From Chlorokybus atmophyticus (Eukaryota; Plantae; Mesostigma and Chlorokybus algae), in NCBI GenBank assembly GCA_009103225.1, contig RHPI01003041.1, forward strand, positions 1 through 64,000: DNA of 64,000 nt. Reading direction: 5' to 3'. How positions within the stretch are numbered: position 1 is the stretch's first letter; each line of letters starts with the position of its first letter. Below are positions 39,269 to 48,900 of this stretch, one piece after another. The notes below the pieces were generated by a model. It ran no database searches. It had not been told where the DNA came from and saw only the letters and a list, made by a program, of their open reading frames with translations. Made by a program: the position numbers and the translations under genes.

Positions 39269-41655
39269 ATGGGAGTCCTTTGTCCGTATTGCCACATGCG
39301 CTTCGCCATACGCAGCTCGGTCTACATGCACATTGTTAGCAGCAGGGTGTGCAAGCAAATCAAGCTGTATGTCGGCCAGCGTCCATTACAGTACGATGCG
39401 GGTCATGTTAAACCGGGGAGTTCGATCCAGGATGCGCACATGCTTGATACTGAAGGATTCCTCCAGGAGACACACGCACAGCAGCAACAGGAGGAGGAGA
39501 AAGTGAACGAGAACCTTCGATATGTGCGTGTGCCTGAGAAACCTGTGGCACGTCAACATGGAAGTGGAGGCGTCCCTTCGCACGCGTCGGAATCCAGGTG
39601 GTATGGCTCGGAGCATGCTCTTGCAGTGGCATTCGTGCAGTGCAACAACAGCCAAGGCCTGTCGGCCTCCAACATGGGGCGGATCATTAAGTGCATCCGA
39701 GATGCACACTTCTTGACGGAAGAGCTCCAGTGGGAGACCGGTGTGCATGTGGCCAGCTACCTCCGGACCACAATTGCTTTCTCTTAGTCTAAGGTGTGTT
39801 CACGGTGTGCGGTGCATGTGCTTCAACCATTAGAGCCATGTCACATATGCACATGCGAGTGTGCTGCCGTATCAGAACTACGTGACGGCTGACCTGCGCA
39901 AGCCTGGAGACCCTGAGGATCAGGACATCAGCGTCACATATATGCCGGCCAAGGTCTGTGAAATGCAGTACCTAATGCAGTATCGATGCAGTAACTATTC
40001 TGAGGCCAGCGTAGTAAGTAATGCTCTTGGTCAGGGCAGGTATGGCTCGCGCGGTTGTATGGCAATCCACATGCCGCCAATGGCTTCAATCTCCAGTACA
40101 GTGGTGACGAGCACAGCTTTGGCCAACCTTCCACGGGCGATTAGTGAAAGAATGTGGAGGTGGATTTGAGGAGAGAGGTGGGCGAAGCGTCCTACTTGGC
40201 GCCTGCCATTCTGTACAGTGACAAGACCACGCTGGATAGCGCGGGCAAACGCTCTAGCTACCCTCTGATGGCATCACTTGCCCAACTACAGTTGGGACAT
40301 GTATGCAACATGGGGGTTGATTTGATGACGCTTCTGCCGGTGGTTCACGAAGTGGCCGGGCATCCCACCTGGGCGCAGGGCAAGGAATCGTTCTCAATTT
40401 TAAAACGTGAGACTTTTCATGACGTTTTGAAAGAATGTGGAGGTGGATTTGAGGAGAGAGGTGGGCGAAGCGTCCTACTTGGCGCCTTCCATTCTGTACA
40501 GTGACAAGACCACGCTGGATAGCGCGGGCAAACGCTCTGACTACCCTCTGATGGCATCGCTTGCCAAGTACAGTCGGGACATGTATGCTAGCAATATGGG
40601 GGTTGTTATCATAGCGCTTTTGCCGGCGGTTCACGCAGTGGCCGGGCATCCCACCTGGGCGTTGAGCAAGGAATCCTTCTCATTTTAAAAACGTGAGATT
40701 TTTCATGACGCTTTGAATGTAGTGGTAGGGGATGTGAAGCGGGCGAGCTAGGAAGGTCTGCAGCTCATCGACCTAAATGGCATCGAGCGTCGTGTGTTTA
40801 CTGCGCTTGCCAACTACATCAGCGACTTGCAGATAGTGGGCATGCATGGTTGTGACCGGATGCAACCTGTCAGCAAACAGTGCATGGAGGATGTTGTCAG
40901 TAGAGCATCTGAATTTGTTGTGTTGCAGGAGACTGCCACACTTGCACGCACTGTGTTAAGCAACCAAATACGACATCCTTGCAATGTTTGTCTCATCACC
41001 AGATCTATTGGAAATGGATGAGGACCGGGAATTGAGAACCGAGACTTTCTACACATCAGCAATACATCAGCTGCGGGCGGACCTGCATAGCGGTGTTAGG
41101 AATGCACGCCAGACAGTCGAGGCTTTTAAAGAGCAGCACTCCATGCATGTCGAGGAGGTAATGATCAAATTACCGGCATTTGTGAGGATGAAGGGCTTTC
41201 CTGGGAGCCACTGGAGGAGGGAACAACTGGAGTTGGCCAACGGGTGGCGTGCTGTTCGCGTGGTGAATAGAGGCGCAGCGGTGTACATGACATTCGAAGT
41301 CAGCATGGCGCGCGCAACTGGGATGTTTTATGGGCGGCCTTGGTTCTCTACACTTGAGTTGGAAGGTGATGAAGACGGTGTGAACGTGACGTGGTGGGCT
41401 CAGGCACTCCTTTTTTTGCGCGTGGTGGTGTGGGGTGGTAGCGGCGAGCGCGTGTGGAAAGAGGTCGTGTTTGTTTGCTGGTACACGAAACTGGATGTGA
41501 CGAGCGACACAAAGTGCATTGCTCTGAAATGGGAAAAGGATCGAGGGGATCCACATCTCGATGTCGTGACTCTAAAGCAAGTAAGAGGCATTGTCCAGCT
41601 GCTCCCCAATTTGACAAGGACAGCGCCCGTGTACAAGAGGGCAAGTATTGGGTGA
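39269..41655 (+). mobile_element. Plavaka-like transposase pseudogene
   Basis: N-terminal CPYC..H zinc-finger-like motif. The core PAILYSDKTTLDSAGKRSSYPLMASL resembles the Plavaka ILYSDKT block. C-terminal FYGRPWFS..WWAQALLFLRV..VFVCWY. Contains frameshifts and a 283-bp tandem duplication. Confidence 0.7.
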
Positions 41656-41685
41656 ACGTTCACTGCACTGCCATGTGACACATGT

Positions 41686-42334
41686 TGTAACGATGCTCGT
41701 GCTGTTTGAACACCTCACCAGAGCTACCAGCCTGATGAACGAGCTAGGATGCAACTGAGCACACTAATGGCGCTATGACACGTGCACCTACTCGCAATCA
41801 ATCAATCAACAGTATTCGCACCGTGGGGTTGAACACCTTGAGGGCAATGTAGGCGCCTCAAAGCTTGTGGGGCAGTCCGGTCCGTGCAAGAGCTGTAGCA
41901 AAAGCACACCCACGCGCACACATGCACCGTGGATGCAAACTACACAAGCATGCGCACACCGTCCACAACAAGAGCAATAACTTAATTTCCACTTGGTCCA
42001 ATCTCCCTAATAGCAGTATACTAGCTACTTGTATACCTAAGAGGCTTCACTATCATTTTAGAAGTCAACTATGTTGATTCCACCGCGAACACATGCTCAA
42101 AAACACGTGAATTAGCTGTTTAAACTGCGTCGGCGCATGGAAACTGTCAACGGTGATCAAATGTCAGCGCATAACGCTCGCGTGACCTTTTTTACGCGCG
42201 CCCTTGATGTAGGAATAACCCGGCGACTTGGGACTTTATAAGCATAACGCGTCAGGCCTGTTAAACAGGGCTGTTTTGGGGTAAAAGGGCTAGAAATTCA
42301 GCTTAAAAGCAAGTGTAATACCAACTTTGTTACA
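41686..42334 (-). repeat. 3' LTR of chromovirus
   Basis: TG..CA, 649 bp, about 7 substitutions and 2 indels versus the 5' LTR by eye. Confidence 0.95.
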
Positions 42335-43352
42335 ACTCCTCCCCGCTCACAGAAGCTTCGTCCTCGAAGCTGCACTACGGCGTGCATGATATCTTTCGAG
42401 GATGGCAGGGGCATTTGCTAAATGCTCTGCGGGTTCCCAAGTCGACTCGTATACAGGATAGCCAACCCACTTGACCAAATACTGTCTTATGCCCTCGTAC
42501 AGCATCATCTAAAATGTCTTCCACTTCGAACTCCGCATGCGAGTTGTCAATAACAACAGCAGGAGGCTCACCGACATAAGGCTTTAAGAGGCTCATATGA
42601 AAGACTGGATGTGCGCGCATAGTGGGTGGCAAGTCCAACTTGTACGCAACAGAAAACACCGCTTCTATGACTTGAAAGGGACCAATCCACCAGTCCGACA
42701 GCTTTCATACAGATGTAAGCAGGGGTAGATGTTTAGCAGACAATAGTACCCAATCACCAACTGCAAAGGAGAGTTCTCGGCGATGAGTGTCTGCAGACTG
42801 TTTCTGCCTGTTTTGCGCTGTCAATGCAGAGTCGCGGACAAACTTCAACCTTTCGGCTCTGTAGAAGCACTTTTGCTATTGTTGATGCTGAACTCCATAA
42901 TGTCCAGCCAATCATCCCAATCCTTTTGCTGAGTACTAACAAAGCAACGAAGGGTATCTTCAACAACTCTATTAGCCCTTTCAATCTGACCGTCCGTCTG
43001 AGGGTGAAAAGCAGTGCTGAAGCTCAGTTGGGTGCCGAGACCCTTATGCAAGGCACGCCAAAAGTTGCCAGTAAATCGAGGGTCTCTGTCACTCACAATC
43101 ACCTTGGGAAGTCCATGGTGTTTAAACACATGCTTCATAAACATCTTGCCGTCTCAGGAGCAGTACAAGAGGATGTGCAAGGTACCAGCCGCACCATTTT
43201 ACTCAACTTGTCGACAAATACAAGTATGCCATCGTAGCCAGCAGTGGATACAACATGGCCAAGGTACTCCACCTCATCAAGAAGAAACTCACACTTTGGG
43301 AGTTGTGCGTATAACCGGTGTTCTCGCAGACGTTGCACCACCTGCTTCAATA

Positions 43353-44186
43353 TGTCGGGTCGAGGGGAGTCGAGGGTCACACTGTCTCGGCCAGCTGCAG
43401 GGACAGACACGCTTGCTAGACATGCTACTGCGCCTCCTTTGTAACGCGCAGCAAAAGCAAAAGATAACCCAACCCTCATGGTGACAAGTGCCATGTGCAG
43501 CTGGTCTGCTGCTGCCGGGTAGTATGGACAGGTGGAGTCAGTGTTCTCCCTAGTGTACATGCTGTGCTGTAGGACACACAGTCAACAAGCCACTACTATA
43601 AGTAATTCTGTTTACACAGTTCTTTACATGAGTGGAAGAGAGAGATTAGACTGTTAAGTGAGGTGAATGAGCAAGCAACACGTGGATGCTATGCCCGGAC
43701 TGATGCCAACAAGCACACCGCGACCGAGTACACCAAGCTCACAACAAGGACAAGCACAGTGCACAGAAACATGCACAGGCTCTCACACGGTGAGGGGATT
43801 CCTGGGAGCCGGGACGGCGTGTTTCGTGCTTCAAGTCGCTTCACACGCTCTTAGCTTTCTCACTCACAGTGTCACCAGCTGATCTGGTGAACACTGTGCC
43901 TACTTATACAAGTCAACTCAGGACTGTCCAGAACATAAGCTAACGGTCATTTCGAGGCAATATCTACAAGAAATCCCCACTCGATATAGAACCCAACTTA
44001 TAACTGAACTCACAACCGAACAGCTACGCGCGGTGCCTATGTAGGCTATGGTCATGAGCTACTCTAGAGACATGACCTAGCTATTGGTCAGTGACGCGCG
44101 CGGGTTGCCAGGCTGGTAAGCCGGGCGAGGGTCTCGCTGTAGGCATGCCCGATGAAGACTGGCATGCCCGGGTGATAGGCATGACA
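43353..44186 (-). repeat. Distal terminal repeat unit X+Y (834 bp) of the DNMT element
   Basis: 43580-44186 matches 59649-60257 (X); 43353-43593 matches 44189-44429 (Y). Confidence 0.9.
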
Positions 44187-44188
44187 GC

Positions 44189-44429
44189 TGTCGGGTCGAG
44201 GGAAGTCGAGGGTCACGCTGTCTCGGCCAGCTGCAGGGACAGACATGCTTGCTATACATGCTACTGCGCCACCTTTGTAACGCGCAACAAAAGCAAAAGA
44301 TAACCCAACCCTCATGGTGACAAGTGCTTTATGCAGCTGGTCTGCTGCTGCCGGGTAGTACAGACAGGTGGAGTCGGTGTTCTCCCTAGTGTACATGCTG
44401 TGCTGTAGGACACACAGTCAACAAGCCAC
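44189..44429 (-). repeat. Y repeat (241 bp) directly after the G-tract PPT
   Basis: About 12 differences from 43353-43593; preceded on the coding strand by AGGGGGGG; separated from X by GC. Confidence 0.9.
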
Positions 44430-44473
44430 CCCCCCTGGGCTCTGGGGGAGGTTCCAGCTCCAGAGCTCAGCTG

Positions 44474-45925
44474 CTAACGCAAGTGAGGAGGGCCGTTGGT
44501 ACGGCAATCGTCACACCAATACTCCTCCATGGGTATCGCGTCCAAAGGTGGCTCCAGGCAGTAGCAATGCAGGCCCTTGTTGCAGCCATCGCAGAGCATC
44601 ATAAATGCGTCGTCGCCGGCGCTGCCGCAGCGTTCACAGCGTGTGCTGCGTGCGGGACGAGGGTGCTGGATACGCCCGAAGTCGGCTACGTAAGGAAGGT
44701 GACATGGCGCACAGTTCACCATATTGTCCTTCAACCTCTCTCCGTTTTGAACAAGGAGGTCCAGCACCCCTGTGGGGTACACTTTGAGCACCTTATAGAC
44801 GGTGCGGCCCACGGAGGTGTCGAGCGTGTCTTTGGTGGCTGCCATGCGATAGGCAAAGTCCCGTGCTTGGAACCGCCGTTGGCGCTCCTTGTAGAAGCCG
44901 CTGCGTACGCGCTCGTAGCGCAGCGTGTCGCGCTGCTGCGCGATGCGCAGGTTGTTGAAGGCCATGGGGACGGTGCGCTCAAAAAGCGCGGCGCGCGTGG
45001 TGATGTCGTGGTGCAACCAGTCAGGGTCGTCGAGGTTGTTCACGACGCGATCCACCTCCTGCTGCGCACGGAAGGGGAGCAATGGTGGTCGCCCGAACAG
45101 CAGATAGTACGGGCTATACTCACGCAGCGCCGCCTGCTTTGACAATCGATCCGAGGGCCACCCATGGGAGGTGGTCATCCCAAGTGTTCTTCTCGTTCTC
45201 AAGCACGTACTTGCGGAGTGCCTTCTTGATGGTCTGCACTGTACGCTCGGCGAGACCGTCGGCTTGAGGGTGATCACGCGAGGTACGACGGTGGTTGATG
45301 TAATATTTGTCAAAGAGGGTGTTGAACTCCCCTCTGAACTCAATACCTTGGTCAGTGATGACCTCGGCGCAGCTGCCAAATCGGCTGAGAACGTGAGAGA
45401 AGGAAGGCTTGAGACACCCCCCTGCTGCTCTTGTTGGGTAATGGTACCAGCTCCACCCATTTGGAGAAGTGCTTGATCATGACCAGGATGTAACGGTTGC
45501 CACGCGCTGAGGGTGCCAAGTCCCCCAAAATGTCGAGCCCCCATCGGTAAAAGAGACCGGAGATGGGGAGTGGGTGCAATGTGGCGCTACGCGTGTTGAG
45601 GCTGGCGCGCACCATGTCACACTGCTGGCAGTGGCTGACGAACCCCTGCACCTGTTTCGTTAACCCATACCACCAATATTGTGCACTAGGCTGCCTATAC
45701 GCTTGACACCGAAGTGTCCAAGCTTAGTGTGGAGGGAAGTGATGATGCCCTCGCGCGTGACTGGTGTCGGCACTTCCTTGTCTTCGTCATGGAAGCGGCG
45801 ATACAGCTTGTCACCTGCCCATCGATAGCGACGGGTGCATTGGTTGACACGGTCCTTCTCTCGGGCACTCATGCCGGAGGGAAGCTAGCCACTTTGAAGA
45901 AAGGAAAGTGATGGCTTGTCCCGCC
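44474..45925 (-). pseudogene. Integrase plus C-terminal PHD finger of the DNMT element
   Basis: LHTKLGHFG..CQQC zinc motif; GLDILG / ITDQG / AERTV DDE; RCERCGSAGDDAFMMLCDGCNKGLHCYCLEPPLDAIPMEEYWCDDC PHD; frameshifts present. Confidence 0.9.
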
Positions 45926-48900
45926 TGTTGAAGATATTCCTACATCCGGTCAGCCTGCCCTGCATACAAGAGAGAAGAGAAGGGACCTCGATGGGAGGAC
46001 CTCGAAGACTCCGGACATAAAGGTCCTGCCGCGGACTGCAGAGAAGGGTCCTAGGAGAATCGTCATATCTCCTAGAATACTCAGTCATTTGAGACGTGGC
46101 ATAGCTTGTTGAAAAGCTTATTAAGTTAGCTACGTGGCACATCTTACAGCGTAGGATTCGGTTCAGTAGATCGGACGCTGTTGCGTGTAGACCAGCAGTG
46201 TGTACAAACTGTGTACTGACTGGCGGGTATATAACCCCGCGGTTTGTTGGTAATAAATCGGGAAGTGTGTTGCCTTCTCCTGTGTGTCATTGCTTGCCCT
46301 CTTCACTTGCATGCTTGCTTCTCAACAGGTTATGGGCCCACACTACGCGTGAAGAGTGTGAGAAAGAGAAAGAAAGCGAAGTGAAGAAAAGTGACAAAGT
46401 GCATTGAAGTGAAAATCGAAGTCACTCAAGATTGAAGAGTGAAGAGAAGACCGAAGTCACTCAAGACTGAAGGCGCTGAAGAGTGAAGTGAAGACCGAAG
46501 TCATTCAAGACCGAAGTCATTGAAGTCACTCAAGAGTGAAGTGTAGATTAAAGATACTGAAGTCAACAAAGTCACTCAAGTCACAACACGTGAAGATTAT
46601 CAAAGCAAGTCTCAAGTGCTAACTGCAAGAAGAAAGCAGGCGCGGCAAAGATGGAGGCAAGCTACGATAAAGGGCTGATCACAAAGCTGGACACAAACAA
46701 CTACAGCACTTGGTGCGTAGAGATGAAGGCACTACTTATCCACAAGAAGATGTGGAAGTATGTTGACCCGAAGGCATCTGCACCAAGAGCAGGAGAAGAA
46801 AGCATCTGGCTTGAACACTCAGTTGAAGCACATTCCTTGATGGTGCTTAACTGCAAGCCACATCACTTTCCCATGCTCACAGCATGTGAAGATGGCAGAC
46901 AAGCTTGGGAGAAGCTTGCAGCCGTATTTCAAGCCAAGAACAACGCCAGAAAGATACAATTACGCAAGCAGCTAAGCGCGCTTCATAAAGAGACGGCCGA
47001 GCCGGTCACAAAGTATGTTGCACGTGCGAGAGAGCTGTGGGCGGACCTCATCAACGTCGGCCACAAGATGGAAGAGACGGAGGTCGTATTGGCGATTGTT
47101 GCAGGACTGCCATTAGAGTACGAAGTTGTCGCTACTCTGCTCGAGACATCGTCATCGGAGCTAACCCTAGACGATGTGCTACCCAAGTTGCTCACTGTGG
47201 AGCAACGCGTCTCAAAGAAGGAAGAGCAAGCGGACTCTGTGGCCTTCTACACACGAGACAAATACGAGAAATTAAGCAACTATGAAGACAAGAACAAGGC
47301 GAAAGGCAGCAACTCAAAGTTCAAAAATCTCACATGCCACTATTGTGGTATTAAAGGACATATCTCAAAGGATTGTCGTAAGCGGTAACGAGAGCAATCT
47401 GAAGCAGGCACCAGTAGCAACGCTCAACGCAAAGAAAAGGGTGTTGCATTTACTGCCTCAAGGAAGTTTGATACAACTTCATGGGCAATTGACTCAGGCT
47501 GTGACCAGCATCTCACACCGCACAAGGAGGTGATGGAGAACTACAGGAAGATGTCAACCACAAGGAAGGTGGAAGGCTTTAGTGGTCACGAGTTGGAAGC
47601 AATAGGAGTTGGTGAAGTNAGGCTCAATGCAAGATTGGTGATCGAGACATCGTCATCGGAGCTAACCCTAGACGATGTGCTACCCAAGTTGCTCACTGTG
47701 GAGCAACGCGTCTTAAAGAAGGAAGAGCAAGCGGACTCTGTGGCCTTCTACACACGAGACAAATACGAGAAATTAAGCAACTATGAAGACAAGAACAAGG
47801 CGAAAGGCAGCAACTCAAAGTTCAAAAATCTCACATGCCACTATTGTGGTATTAAAGGACATATCTCAAAGGATTGTCGTAAGCGGTAACGAGAGCAATC
47901 TGAAGCAGGCACCAGTAGCAACGCTCAACGCAAAGAAAAGGGTGTTGCATTTACTGCCTCAAGGAAATTTGATACAACTTCATGGGCAATTGACTCAGGC
48001 TGTGACCAGCATCTCACACCGCACAAGGAGGTGATGGAGAACTACAGGAAGATGTCAACCACAAGGAAGGTGGAAGGCTTTAGTGGTCACGAGTTGGAAG
48101 CAATAGGAGTTGGTGAAGTGAGGCTTCAATGCAAGATTGGTGATGGTGAGAGAGAGGTGGTACTGCGTGAAGTATTGCACGTACCTGGAGCTGCTGCAAG
48201 CTTGTTTTCTGTGAGAGTTGCTGAGCGCGTGGGAGCTGAGATAGTGATCCGGGAGGGACGCTGCTCCGTACGCATGGATGGGGTCGAGTACATGGTCGGA
48301 ACCCAACGAGGAGGGCTCTACATTGTGGAGCAGACTCATGGCAGCAAGGCCATGATTGTGAAGGAGAACGAGACGGCTGAGCTTTGGCATCGAAGGTTCG
48401 GGCATTTGGGCTACAGCAACCTCACACGCCTGGTCGCTGAAGACATGGTGAAGGGCATTACTGGGAGCAAGGAAGATTTTCAAGCGTCTTCAACTACGCT
48501 CTGTGAACCCTGTGTGTTGGCCAAGCAGCATCGCATGCCGTTCTCATCATCTTCTTCAAGTAGCAAACATCCCTGCGAGCTTGTGCACATGGACGTTTGC
48601 GGGCCTATGCGCATTGTGGCGAAAGGAGGGGTAAGATACTTTGCAACATTCCTCGACGACTACAGCAAGCTTTCCATCGTCTTCCCTTTGATTCAAAAGT
48701 CAAAAGTCGCTGGAGCTGTGCGTACAGTCATTGCATTGCTTGAAATTCAATCGGGCAAGAAGATGAAAGCAATGAGAAGTGATCGAGGAGGGGAGTACGT
48801 CAACGCCCAGCTCAAAGAGTTCTTCGCCAGCAAAGGCATACGGCATGAGACAACAGCACCATACACTCCGCAGCAGAATGGAGCAGCTGAACGTCTCAAC

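Noticed and set aside
38616-39506. 296-aa ORF and similar antisense ORFs (44483-45142, 54336-55103, 57015-57671)
   Set aside because: No recognisable motifs; they are explained by GC-rich repeats or are shadows of coding sequence on the other strand.
47386-47388. TAA after the gag zinc knuckle as a programmed readthrough
   Set aside because: The context lacks a CARYYA-type readthrough signal, and copy 2 reads through the same region; a point mutation is more likely.
47141-48143. 501-bp tandem duplication in Copia 3 gag/protease
   Set aside because: Near-identical copies with an N close to the junction (47619) suggest mis-merged reads or paralogs. Not treated as biology without read support.
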